The notes under the pieces were generated by a model, which worked only from the letters and a program-made list of their open reading frames with translations, did not search any database and had not been told where the DNA came from. Source: Thermoplasmatota archaeon (GTDB lineage Archaea; Thermoplasmatota; Poseidoniia; Poseidoniales; Poseidoniaceae). Taken from it: DNA of 64,000 bases. Positions 1 to 8,975 of this stretch are shown here, in pieces. Made by a program: the position numbers and the translations under genes. Position 1 is the stretch's first letter, and the number at the start of each line of letters is the position of its first letter. The stretch lies in contig JAYYDY010000035.1 in NCBI GenBank assembly GCA_036160375.1, positions 13,033-77,032 of the forward strand. The letters run 5' to 3'.

Positions 1-522
1 GGTCGGCTGTTGTTGCAGAGCAGCGATGGCGGGCTGTGGGAGGGCGTTCCTCATCCCTTTGGTTGGGACATGCTCAACCGGTTGGAATACGACAGCCTCG
101 AGCCCATGGGGGCGGTTCGTAGCGGCGATGGCTGGTGGGTGCTCGGCATTGAAGGCCACCTCATCTCGATGACCGAAGGTCCGAGCCAAGAAGAGGACGA
201 GGTTCCATTGACCGAGGGCATGAACCTCGGCGACCTGCTGGTGCTGTGCACACCCGACGCCATGATCACGGCGACTCGAGAGGGGCTTCTGCGGCGATGG
301 ACCGCCCCTCATCTCGCCGATGCAGAAAGGGAAGGGCGATACAAAGCCGCAGCAGAAGCTGCCATGGCACGAAATTGGGAAGAACGTCGTCAGATGTTCA
401 TTCGAGCACAGGAAGCCGAAGATCTCGGAAAATTGTCCTTGGCCATTGAACTCTACGAAGCGCTGGGGCGGACGGAAGATGCTCGACGTTTGTTGAAGCG
501 ACAAAAGGAGGGCGGCGAATGA
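1..522 (+). CDS. hypothetical acidic protein, 5'-truncated by window edge (frame open to position 1; track start at 10 is TTG)
   Basis: The ORF in the track is open upstream to base 1. Its stop overlaps the next start by 4 nt (ATGA at 519-522), suggesting an operon. No recognisable motif. Confidence 0.45.
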   Translation, partial: GRLLLQSSDGGLWEGVPHPFGWDMLNRLEYDSLEPMGAVRSGDGWWVLGIEGHLISMTEGPSQEEDEVPLTEGMNLGDLLVLCTPDAMITATREGLLRRWTAPHLADAEREGRYKAAAEAAMARNWEERRQMFIRAQEAEDLGKLSLAIELYEALGRTEDARRLLKRQKEGGE

Positions 523-818
523 GCGACGACTTGACCTCGCTCACGGTTGAGCGGGTTGAATCCTACCTCGACATCACCCGGCGGGCACGGGCCAAAGCCA
601 CACCGCTGGTGGAAGCACCTTCCGAAGAGGAGGCCCATCTCGCCGTGATGCTTCGCATGGCTGATGACTACGCTTCTGACGCTCAACATTTTCTCCAGAC
701 CGGCGACCTTGTTCGCGCCTTTGGCGCCATCAACTACGCCCATGCTTGGATTGATGCTGGCGTGAAAATTGGTTGGCTTGACGGGCACGGTGACGACGTC
801 TTGTTCACGCTTCCATAA
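519..818 (+). CDS. small conserved archaeal protein, DUF357-like
   Basis: 99 aa. The motif INYAHAWIDAGVKIGWLDG resembles the DUF357 family signature. Translationally coupled to the upstream ORF. Confidence 0.45.
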   Translation: MSDDLTSLTVERVESYLDITRRARAKATPLVEAPSEEEAHLAVMLRMADDYASDAQHFLQTGDLVRAFGAINYAHAWIDAGVKIGWLDGHGDDVLFTLP

Positions 819-823
819 TCGTT

Positions 824-1201
824 CTATAGCGAATCGACAAGGTGGAGGTGGTTGTTCTGCCGGACTTCAATGACCGGTAGGTTCGCCTCGTAAAGGCGCC
901 GTTTGAGAGCCGTGTCCACGGTCAGTGTGGCCCAGTTGTGTTCCATGGCGCAGGCCAGGAGAACGTCATCGGTATGGCCGTTTGGTTGCCCTTCCAACCG
1001 GTTGGCTCGGGACCGCAACAGGCTCAGCAGGAGGGATTTCTTCTTTGGACGCCCACGTTCGAGCATCTCGAGTTCCTTCTCCACATGCGGGAGCAGCACC
1101 CAAGAGCACGGACCAAGAAGGGCTTCGAGGTCGCGCTCAACGTTCAATCCGGCCTCCATGCAGGCCACCCATCCGCACGCATCAATGAGCACGTGCTGCA
1201 T
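824..1201 (-). CDS. PIN-domain protein of the conserved S6e/aIF2gamma/PIN archaeal gene string
   Basis: The N-terminal VLIDACGW has an acidic Asp in strand 1, and further conserved Asp/Glu residues lie in TLTVDTALK. It sits immediately downstream of aIF2-gamma on the same strand, which is a known conserved archaeal arrangement. Confidence 0.6.
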   Translation of the reverse strand: MQHVLIDACGWVACMEAGLNVERDLEALLGPCSWVLLPHVEKELEMLERGRPKKKSLLLSLLRSRANRLEGQPNGHTDDVLLACAMEHNWATLTVDTALKRRLYEANLPVIEVRQNNHLHLVDSL

Positions 1202-1211
1202 GGCTTCGGCC

Positions 1212-2450
1212 TCACACGATGGTGCCGTAGCCGATCAGGCGCCAGCGAGAGCCAATGCGACGTGAAAGCGAGATGCGTTGGCCTTTGTCTGCACAAATGG
1301 GCAAGCGCAAATCGAGGTCGGTCTTGCCTTTCTCTGCGTTTCGAGTCACCCCCACCGAGGTGGCGGTGGCCACGTTGAGCATCAACATCTCGTTGTTGCG
1401 AAGCGGGTGAATCTTCTCAGGCGATTCGCCGTCCCCAGCGACCATGTGTTGCATGAGGTTGACCTCAATGGACACGCTGTTGTGAACTTCGGGAAGGTCG
1501 CCTTTGCGAGCAACGACTTGGCCGGAAAGGTTGTCCGAGGTCGTGATGGAGGGGTCAAGGAACGTGGCCATGCCACAGAGGCCTCCTGCGTGCATGGTGT
1601 CGAGGTTCAATCCACCGCCTTGCATGCTGCTGACCACCGCTTCGATCGGCTCCCAAACGGCTTTGTTGCCCTTCTCGATTTTTCGACCGGGTCCGATGAT
1701 GATTTCATCGCCTTCGGAAAACTCACCTTCCACGATGCTGCCGCCGATGACGCCGCCTCGAAGCTTGGTCGGGCGTGTACCGGGGCGGTTGATGTCGAAG
1801 GAACGAGCAACGTGCATGATGGAGCGCTTGTCCTTGGACCGGTCGGGTGTTGGAATGGTGGCCTCAATGGCGTGGATGAGGATGTCGAGGTTCACGTCGT
1901 GGTGCGCTGAAACGGGAATGATGGGTGCGTTTTCGGCGATGGTGCCTTTGAGGAAGGCTTTGATCTCGGCGTGGGACTCCATGGCCCGCTCCTTCGAGAC
2001 CAGGTCGATCTTGTTCTGAACGATGACAATGTTCTCGATGCCAGCAATCTCCAGGGCCATGAGATGTTCTCGTGTTTGGGGTTGAGGGCACGTTTCGTTG
2101 GCGGCTACCATCAACATGGCACCGTCCATGATGGAGGCCCCGGTGATCATGATGGCCATCAGTGTCTCGTGGCCTGGGGCATCAACGAAGGACACCACGC
2201 GCTCCAACTCACCTTCAACGTCATCGCCGCCATCCGGTCGCTTGCCCGTGGCGTAGTACTGACCGCTGTCGTCTTTGTAGAATGCCGTGTCAGCGTAGCC
2301 GAGTTTGATCGAGATGCCTCGCTTCCGCTCTTCGGAGTGGGTGTCGGTCCACACGCCGGACAGCGCTTGGGTCAGCGTGGTTTTTCCATGGTCAACGTGA
2401 CCGACCAAGCCGATGTTGACCTCGGGTTGAGCGGGAAGCTTTCGTGCCAT
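1212..2450 (-). CDS. eif2g: translation initiation factor aIF2 gamma subunit
   Basis: GTPase motifs are present: GHVDHGKTTL (G1), DAPGH, NKIDL. C-terminal beta-barrel domains follow. 412 aa. Confidence 0.9.
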   Translation of the reverse strand: MARKLPAQPEVNIGLVGHVDHGKTTLTQALSGVWTDTHSEERKRGISIKLGYADTAFYKDDSGQYYATGKRPDGGDDVEGELERVVSFVDAPGHETLMAIMITGASIMDGAMLMVAANETCPQPQTREHLMALEIAGIENIVIVQNKIDLVSKERAMESHAEIKAFLKGTIAENAPIIPVSAHHDVNLDILIHAIEATIPTPDRSKDKRSIMHVARSFDINRPGTRPTKLRGGVIGGSIVEGEFSEGDEIIIGPGRKIEKGNKAVWEPIEAVVSSMQGGGLNLDTMHAGGLCGMATFLDPSITTSDNLSGQVVARKGDLPEVHNSVSIEVNLMQHMVAGDGESPEKIHPLRNNEMLMLNVATATSVGVTRNAEKGKTDLDLRLPICADKGQRISLSRRIGSRWRLIGYGTIV

Positions 2451-2489
2451 GCTTCCCCCTCCTTATGTCGTGCGATTGCCCTCTCGGGT

Positions 2490-2966
2490 TCACTCCGATG
2501 CTTCCTCGCCTTCAGCAGCAAGGATGGTGGCGAGTGGCTTTTTGCCGGCTTCGACCACTTTGAGGTTGATTTGACGGGTGTCTTGGGTGACCGTGTTGCC
2601 ACGGAAGTTTCGTCGCTTTCGAAGACCATCGGGCTTGTATCGGAAGCGCTTCTGTTCGCCGCTCTTCTTCTTGTTGACGATGACTTCGCCCTTGTATCCC
2701 GTCGACTGCGTGACGAGGATGGATTGGCGGTTGCCGCCTTCAAGGTCTCGACGCATGGGGGTGCCGGTCTTGTCGGAACCGCCCGTGATTTCGAGTTTGT
2801 AGCCGGACAGCGTCTTGTCGCCTTCGCCCACAAACAGGCCGTCGACGACGTCGCCGATGCGCTTTCCGAGCATCTGAGCGTGGTTGTTGCCGGTGATTTT
2901 CAGAGCGTAGGACTTGCCGCCGTTCTTGGCGTCAGTGTCGTTGACGACTGCGATGAATTCTGCCAT
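2490..2966 (-). CDS. rps6e: 30S ribosomal protein S6e
   Basis: The N-terminus MAEF..VNDTDAKNGGKSYALKITG..GKRIGDVVDG matches the S6e family. It has an acidic C-terminal tail. It lies upstream of aIF2-gamma as in the conserved archaeal cluster. Confidence 0.8.
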   Translation of the reverse strand: MAEFIAVVNDTDAKNGGKSYALKITGNNHAQMLGKRIGDVVDGLFVGEGDKTLSGYKLEITGGSDKTGTPMRRDLEGGNRQSILVTQSTGYKGEVIVNKKKSGEQKRFRYKPDGLRKRRNFRGNTVTQDTRQINLKVVEAGKKPLATILAAEGEEASE

Positions 2967-3039
2967 GGTAGCACCTCTCGGGATTTGTCCGACAAAAGAC
3001 CCGTATTTAGCCCCATCGTCTGCCTCATCGCCGCCAAGG

Positions 3040-4239
3040 TCAGCGAAGTCGCTTCGGGAGGAGCAGTTCGAGACGGCTGGCGATGTCGGCCGGAAGGAAG
3101 TGCGGCATGCTCAGGTGCGTTGTTCGTCCTCGACCACCCGGTACGGTGGCCACGCGGGTGGCGATAATGCCTTCTTGCTCGATGAGTTTGGCGTATTTCC
3201 AAAGCGTCGTGTGGCTTTTCGGCTTTTGTTCGTACTCTTCGCAGACCACGGCGTAAAGCCGCTCAACATCGCCCATCGTCATGGTTTCCTCCGTCCGGAG
3301 ACGCCTGCACATGGCGAGCAGCACCAGCATGCCTTGCGGGGCGAGGTCGTCGACCACCTCCAAGCGAGCGGTGGTGTCAAGGGCGACGTTGTCGTTCATG
3401 GCGTGAACGTCCTCCACGCTGATGAGGCGTTCCGTGTACTTGTCCTGGCGGAATTCGCATCGCTCAGCCGCAGCGCTCAGGTATTCGATCACACGGCGTG
3501 CATCGCCGCTCGGTGCGGCTCGCTCAGCGAGCAGGCGAACGGTGGCTTCGGTGTACGTTCCGGGAACCAGCGCCACTTCGGCTCGCTGCAGGGCAATGGC
3601 TTCGAGGCCATCCACGGTGTAGGGTGGGATGCGAAGGTGATTGGACTGACCGAACTTGGAAATGACGGCGGTCTCGAGAACGTCCAGCACCTGCTCTTGG
3701 CTGATGAGCATCAGGGAAATCGTTCCCGTTCCCTCTTGGTCTTCGTCGATACGAAGCAGCTGATAGAGCAATTCATCGCCGGACCGACGCAGCATATGGT
3801 CCACTTCATCCAGCACCACGATGAGATGGGTTGAGGTTCGGCGTAGCATCTTTCGCAGGCTGAGCAGCATTTCACCGAGGGAGAGGCCTCGGTCGGGATG
3901 CCCCGGGTCAAACTGGTGAAGGATGCGTTGCGCCACCCGCATGCTGGTGGAGGCGTTTCGGCAGTTGATGTGCGCCACCTTGAGTTCACGCTTTCCAGCA
4001 AGATGCCGCTGCAGGTCCCTGCAGAAGGTTTTGGCGAGCACCGTTTTTCCGCTGCCCACCGGTCCGGTGATCACCGCTCGTGCGGCACCTTCCGGTGAGG
4101 CCACGTTGGAGAATTTTGACGCCAACTCGCGTTGGATGTCCTCTCGGCCCACCAGTTCATCAGGGACGTAGTCAAAATCCAACATCTCTGGGTGGGCGAT
4201 GATGAGCCCAGCGCCGATGCGGTCAAGATAGTCCACCAT
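3040..4239 (-). CDS. orc1: Orc1/Cdc6 replication initiator (AAA+)
   Basis: Walker A VITGPVGSGKTV and Walker B VVLDEVDHM are present. A C-terminal winged-helix region follows. 399 aa. Confidence 0.9.
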   Translation of the reverse strand: MVDYLDRIGAGLIIAHPEMLDFDYVPDELVGREDIQRELASKFSNVASPEGAARAVITGPVGSGKTVLAKTFCRDLQRHLAGKRELKVAHINCRNASTSMRVAQRILHQFDPGHPDRGLSLGEMLLSLRKMLRRTSTHLIVVLDEVDHMLRRSGDELLYQLLRIDEDQEGTGTISLMLISQEQVLDVLETAVISKFGQSNHLRIPPYTVDGLEAIALQRAEVALVPGTYTEATVRLLAERAAPSGDARRVIEYLSAAAERCEFRQDKYTERLISVEDVHAMNDNVALDTTARLEVVDDLAPQGMLVLLAMCRRLRTEETMTMGDVERLYAVVCEEYEQKPKSHTTLWKYAKLIEQEGIIATRVATVPGGRGRTTHLSMPHFLPADIASRLELLLPKRLR

Positions 4240-4328
4240 ATCAAGGGAATGCTGATGTCAACCGTTCTAAAAGATGTGGTCTCGATACGGGCGCACCGCT
4301 CGCCTTTTGCCTGCTGTACGTTGGTGAA

Positions 4329-5450
4329 TCAGGGGATTTCGTCGAACTGGTAACCCGTCTCCCACTGCTTCTCACCCAAGGCCACTTCGAGTTCGAAGGG
4401 TGTGATGAGCGGTTTGCGGTACTTGACGGCATCATCGATGGCGATACGGGGACAAGCCGTGTTGACAAAGGCATCAACGGGGTAGAAGTCGATGAGTTCG
4501 GGCCCCACGTGCTCGAGCGCCAGTAGGTAGCCTTTCTTGCCGTGCTTCGCCAGCATTCGCTTCATGCGAAGGGCGAGGGTGCGGCGCATTTGACCCGGTT
4601 TCTCTCCGATGAGGATGCCAAAGGAGTTGGCGTCTTGGACGCTCATGATGAGGCCGAAGCGCTGACGAAGGATGCGTTCAATGCGTTGGAGTGACATCTC
4701 CTCCGCATCGCCGGTGTAGGGGTCGAGCATGGCCAGCGGTTTACCGGTGTGGAGCACGAGGCCGATGGGGTGGAAATCACCGCTTCCGAGGAAGAGGTAG
4801 TGCCCGATAGAGGGGTCGTCGCCGGAGTAATTGCAACCCAACACCTGACCGGGGAAGGAAAGGCGAGCGCCGCCGATGGGAATGGTGACGTCAAAGCCGG
4901 CCTTCTCCAAACGGTCGTGAAATTCGGGCAGCAGATGAAGGTGCTGAATTGAACCGACAAGGCCGAGTTTGGTATCGGTGAGCGGCGCCATTCGGCCCAC
5001 GGCGTCCATGAATTTCTCTTGTGCTTCTTCTTCGGTCAACTCGACGGTTTGCCCTTGGTCGGAAAGACGTGCTTGAGCCATGGCGCGATGCTGTTCAAGC
5101 CAAGGAAGGACAGGGCTGAGTTCGGGGTCGCCGTCGTAGGTGACGTTGATGAATTGCGTGGGCATGCCGGAATCGATGTTCATCTGAGAATGACCCATGT
5201 GAGCGACCAATTCCACACCCATAAGTTGCATCTTGTCGTGCACGAGGTCGCACACACCGTAGCAAGGGTCAGCGGCCAGGACGACTTGGGCGCTGGTTTC
5301 GGTTTCGATGGTGTCCATCATTTCGAGGGCCTGCATTTTGAGGCCTTCAGGCACCTGAAGGGCAATCAGACGGTTGTCGTTGGCGCGAATGCGCTCCATC
5401 AACTCATCCAGTTCGAAGTCGTGGCGGTCAAGGTCCATGTTTCCCCTCAC
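4329..5450 (-). CDS. dph2: 2-(3-amino-3-carboxypropyl)histidine synthase (diphthamide biosynthesis Dph2)
   Basis: 373 aa. The three-domain Dph2-like layout is present, with conserved Cys residues (CYGVCD, and others) consistent with the radical SAM-like 4Fe-4S Dph2 family. Confidence 0.55.
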   Translation of the reverse strand: MRGNMDLDRHDFELDELMERIRANDNRLIALQVPEGLKMQALEMMDTIETETSAQVVLAADPCYGVCDLVHDKMQLMGVELVAHMGHSQMNIDSGMPTQFINVTYDGDPELSPVLPWLEQHRAMAQARLSDQGQTVELTEEEAQEKFMDAVGRMAPLTDTKLGLVGSIQHLHLLPEFHDRLEKAGFDVTIPIGGARLSFPGQVLGCNYSGDDPSIGHYLFLGSGDFHPIGLVLHTGKPLAMLDPYTGDAEEMSLQRIERILRQRFGLIMSVQDANSFGILIGEKPGQMRRTLALRMKRMLAKHGKKGYLLALEHVGPELIDFYPVDAFVNTACPRIAIDDAVKYRKPLITPFELEVALGEKQWETGYQFDEIP

Positions 5451-5518
5451 CTCAACGGCGGCGCCTCTCCCTCATGAAGCCACCCATTGGACGGATGCGT
5501 CCCAGATGCTTGATGCGT

Positions 5519-6151
5519 TCATTCTTCGTCAAGAAGCACCACTTTGTCGCCGTCCATCTCAAGGCGAACCAAGGATTGGATGCGAATGTCGGGGTAGAGA
5601 CCTTGCAGGCGATGCAACCCGCCACCTTTCTCCACCACAGCGATGATTTCGGACACCTCGGCTTCCGCTCGTCGGACGCCTTCAATCACAGCCTCGAGGG
5701 TGCCGCCGGTTGAGAGCACGTCATCAAGAATGGCCACTCGTTCGCCCGGCTGCAAGTCGTTGAGGTACATGGCGCCCTTGGAATAGCCCGTAGACTGGTC
5801 GATTTCCACCTCACCAACAAGTCCGTAGGACCGCTTTCGAGCGATCACGAGCGGAATACCCGTGGCCATGGACAGCGGAGCCGTCAGGGGCAGGCCCATG
5901 GCTTCAATCCCGAGCAAGACGTCCACGCCGGACCAATCAACGCGGCCAACAACAAGTTCGGTGATGGCCGTCAAGACTTCCGGGTTCATCCTGGGGACGC
6001 CGTCGGTGACGGGATGGATGAAGTACGGATAATCGCCCTTCCAGATGACCGGTGCTGCTTGGAGACTGGCACGGAGTTGCTCCATGGCGTCAGGCATGAA
6101 ATTCCGTAGGGGTGTGAGTTCATCATCCTTCGGGAGAAGGATGAGGCGCAA
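5519..6151 (-). CDS. type I purine phosphoribosyltransferase (APRT/HGPRT-like)
   Basis: Canonical PRPP-binding loop VAILDDVLSTGGTL. APRT-like region LLGIEAMGLPL..ARKR. Confidence 0.65.
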   Translation of the reverse strand: MRLILLPKDDELTPLRNFMPDAMEQLRASLQAAPVIWKGDYPYFIHPVTDGVPRMNPEVLTAITELVVGRVDWSGVDVLLGIEAMGLPLTAPLSMATGIPLVIARKRSYGLVGEVEIDQSTGYSKGAMYLNDLQPGERVAILDDVLSTGGTLEAVIEGVRRAEAEVSEIIAVVEKGGGLHRLQGLYPDIRIQSLVRLEMDGDKVVLLDEE

Positions 6152-6162
6152 CAGTCACGTGT

Positions 6163-6588
6163 TCAAAGTTCGGCAAGGTACTCGACGTATTCGTCGTGTT
6201 CCATGAGGTTCTCAAGGAGCTGCTTGTCGTCGGGGTTGAGTTGCAACTCGTGAGGCTCAAGGAGAATAATCCAGCCGTCGTTGTAGGCGGAATCGTTGAC
6301 CAGGTCCGGGTTGATCTCGACTTCGCCGTTCACATCGGAAATCACGCCCGAGAACGGGGACGTCAACGAGACCTTCTCGTCGGCGGTCCAAAGCGAGAAC
6401 AGGCTGCCGCCTTCATCGATTTCGGTTTCTGCCTGCGGCAAAATCACACGCAGCACATCGCCGATTTCAACGCGGAGAAATTCACTCACGCCGATCATGA
6501 GCTTCTGGTCTTTCTGCTGAAACCAAAGGTGGTCCATCGAGTATTTTCGGTCTTGAGCAATCACAAATTCAATGATGTCGTCATCCAT
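6163..6588 (-). CDS. glycine-cleavage H-protein-like (lipoyl/biotinyl hybrid-barrel) protein
   Basis: The GcvH-like pattern Y..DHLW..IGVSEF...GDV..V.LP.....EGGSL.S....K.....SPFSG...VN is present. Spacing around the candidate lipoyl-Lys (ADEKVS) is shortened relative to canonical ESVKA. Confidence 0.45.
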   Translation of the reverse strand: MDDDIIEFVIAQDRKYSMDHLWFQQKDQKLMIGVSEFLRVEIGDVLRVILPQAETEIDEGGSLFSLWTADEKVSLTSPFSGVISDVNGEVEINPDLVNDSAYNDGWIILLEPHELQLNPDDKQLLENLMEHDEYVEYLAEL

Positions 6589-6635
6589 CTTCGCTGCCTC
6601 ATCTCGCGGCTTCCACGGGTGGTATATGAAGACTA

Positions 6636-6656
6636 AGGAAAAAAATGTAATTTTTC
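6636..6656. promoter_or_regulatory. inverted repeat GGAAAAA-N7-TTTTTCC in an AT-rich divergent intergenic region (gcvH-like gene <-> acyl-CoA dehydrogenase), with TATA-like GGTATATGAAG at about 6619
   Basis: Read directly from the sequence. This is the AT-richest stretch in the window and lies between divergent starts. Confidence 0.3.
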
Positions 6657-6706
6657 CGAATCAAACGGGTTAAGAGACTCCTCATGTTGGGAGATTTGGT
6701 GAGCGC

Positions 6707-7876
6707 ATGAACTTCGGTGAAACCGACGAACAACAGATGATTCGAGAATTGGTGAGAGACTTCGCTGAAACGGTGCTTGCGCCCACGGTGGAACATCGAG
6801 ACCAGAACCAAATCCCACCTTCCGAAGAATGGCAGGCCTTCCTCGAATACGGTCTCCACGGCATCACGATTCCCGAAGCCTACGGTGGTTCGCCTATCGA
6901 TGATGTGTACGAGTCGATCATTATCGAAGAGTTGGCACGGGTCGACCCGTCCTTTGCTGTCATGTACTGTGTCCACGTTGGTCTGTGTTCCATGACCATT
7001 GCACTTCACGGTGATGAGCATCAAAAGTCAACCTTCCTCCCCCGCCTCGCAGCAGGCGAAGTAGGTGCCTACTCACTTTCTGAAGCCGGTGCTGGAACCG
7101 ACGCTGCTGCCATGTCCTGCAAAGCCAAACTCTCTGACGACGGAACGCATTACATCCTCAACGGCGAAAAGATGTGGGTCACCAACGGCGCACAGGCACA
7201 AATCATCGTTCTGTTCGCCAAAGACGTCGATCACCCCGACTACGGGACAAAGAAGCACGGCGGCACCACGGCGTTCATCGTTGATGCTGCTTACGAAGGA
7301 TTCTCTGTCGGGAAGAAAGAGGACAAGTTGGGTATTCGCTCGTCAGACACGTGCACGCTGGTGCTCAACAACTGCAAAGTGCCGATTGAAAACGCCATCA
7401 AAGGTGTCGGCAACGGGTTCCCCATTGCCATGAATGCCCTCGACAACAGCCGCATTGGCATCGCCGCACAGGCTTTGGGCATCGCTCAGGGCGCATATGA
7501 GTCAGCGCTGCAATATGCTCACGAGCGAGAGGCGTTTGGAAAGCCAATCGCTTACCACCAGATGATCATGGCCTACCTCGCCGACATGGCGACGCAAATC
7601 GAGGCTGCTCGTCTGCTGGTGTACAAGGCAGCTTGGACCAAGGAACAGCACTACCACGCCGACGGTCCACGGCACTCCAAGGAGGCCAGCATGGCCAAGT
7701 TGTTCGCTGGAGACACCGCCATGTGGGTGTCGGAACGGGCCATACAGGTGCTTGGCGGCTACGGCTACACCAAGGAATTCCCCGTTGAGCGCTTCTTCCG
7801 TGATGCAAAGATCACGCAAATTTACGAGGGCACGCAAGAAGTGCAGCGCATCGTGATCGCTCGTGCGTTGAAGTGA
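6707..7876 (+). CDS. acyl-CoA dehydrogenase
   Basis: 389 aa with a full-length ACAD fold. The FAD and substrate motifs are GGSPIDDV..YSLSEAGAGTDAA..ILNGEKMWVTNG, with the catalytic-base region YEGTQE near the C-terminus. Confidence 0.9.
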   Translation: MNFGETDEQQMIRELVRDFAETVLAPTVEHRDQNQIPPSEEWQAFLEYGLHGITIPEAYGGSPIDDVYESIIIEELARVDPSFAVMYCVHVGLCSMTIALHGDEHQKSTFLPRLAAGEVGAYSLSEAGAGTDAAAMSCKAKLSDDGTHYILNGEKMWVTNGAQAQIIVLFAKDVDHPDYGTKKHGGTTAFIVDAAYEGFSVGKKEDKLGIRSSDTCTLVLNNCKVPIENAIKGVGNGFPIAMNALDNSRIGIAAQALGIAQGAYESALQYAHEREAFGKPIAYHQMIMAYLADMATQIEAARLLVYKAAWTKEQHYHADGPRHSKEASMAKLFAGDTAMWVSERAIQVLGGYGYTKEFPVERFFRDAKITQIYEGTQEVQRIVIARALK

Positions 7877-8935
7877 TCACGCTTCCAAACAGATCAACTG
7901 CTTGAGCGCAACGTCCCAGTCGTGAGGCTTGACAACCACCTCGTAACTTTGGCCAACCGCCGGTGGGGTTTCTGTTGGCTTGAGCATCATTCGGAAGGTG
8001 GTGCCCTCGGCCGTTGTGCAGTGAGCCGTGTACCCGTTTCGGTACTGGTCAACACCGAGCAGCGTGCGAGAGATGGATTGAACGGTGGTGGACACGCCAA
8101 AGGTCGCCGATTCTTTGATGACCGCTTGGGCATCGCTGCGCAGCTTAGTGGATTCAACATGAGCCACGAAGGATTCGAAGCCGTCCACGATGGGTTGCGA
8201 GGGTGCTTCATGCACTTCAACCGGTGCCGGTGCTTCCTCAATTTGCTCCACCACCTGTTCCACCGGCGCCGGCAACACGGTGAACGTGTGCGTGTCGAGG
8301 CGGACGCCAAGATGGCGCAGTTCAGCTGTGTAGTTGCCTGCTTCATCCAGCTCAATGACGAATTCATCGAAATCCGGTCGGTCCATGTCAACGTTGGGTG
8401 TGAGCGAGGCGTGAATTTCCTGCCTTGTGGCGTTGTCAAACACAGAGAATTCGTAAGCCACGACTTCAACGTTGAACGAGACTGAAACGGAGATCTCTTG
8501 ACCTGTTTCGTAAGCGTCTTCGAAGATACCGATGGCACCGGTGACCTCCACCTTTTCCTCGAACAATTCGTCAGGGAATTCCACGCCACTGGCGGCCAAA
8601 AACGCCATCCAGTCCCGAACAGGAATGCCGTCGTTGACGTTGGCGTTGACGAAGGAAAAGACCAGTTCCACCACCCATTCCGGAGGTCGTTCCCCGGTCA
8701 TTTTGCCGAGCAACGTAGCGAATTCATCGCCCGAGATGAAACCGTCCTTGTTGGTGTCGAGTTCTTCGGTGAGTTTCACCGGCGACATGGAAGAATCGGC
8801 CAACCATTTTTTGAAATTGTTGTTGAGCAGACCTGCCATGGTGTTGTTGCGAGTGATGCCTTCGACCCGTCGGTTGATGGCGGCTGCTCGCTGCATGAAG
8901 TTCTCTTTGTCGCGGAATTCCAAGGTCGCCATGGA
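7877..8935 (-). CDS. EF-hand calcium-binding domain protein (hypothetical)
   Basis: Canonical EF-hand loop DTNKDGFISGDEF plus a second degenerate loop NANVNDGIPVRDW. Start taken at MATLEF (Met27 of the track ORF 7877..9013) to avoid overlap with the upstream gene. Confidence 0.45.
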   Translation of the reverse strand, partial: SMATLEFRDKENFMQRAAAINRRVEGITRNNTMAGLLNNNFKKWLADSSMSPVKLTEELDTNKDGFISGDEFATLLGKMTGERPPEWVVELVFSFVNANVNDGIPVRDWMAFLAASGVEFPDELFEEKVEVTGAIGIFEDAYETGQEISVSVSFNVEVVAYEFSVFDNATRQEIHASLTPNVDMDRPDFDEFVIELDEAGNYTAELRHLGVRLDTHTFTVLPAPVEQVVEQIEEAPAPVEVHEAPSQPIVDGFESFVAHVESTKLRSDAQAVIKESATFGVSTTVQSISRTLLGVDQYRNGYTAHCTTAEGTTFRMMLKPTETPPAVGQSYEVVVKPHDWDVALKQLICLEA

Positions 8936-8975
8936 ACGCCGATAACCTCGGCGCACATGAAATTGATGCCGACCA

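Noticed and set aside
1971-3834. Long + strand ORFs (1971..3167, 2914..3834) overlapping aIF2-gamma, S6e and orc1
   Set aside because: They are antisense to three well-supported conserved genes and have low-complexity Gly/Val/Asp-rich translations typical of GC-shadow ORFs.
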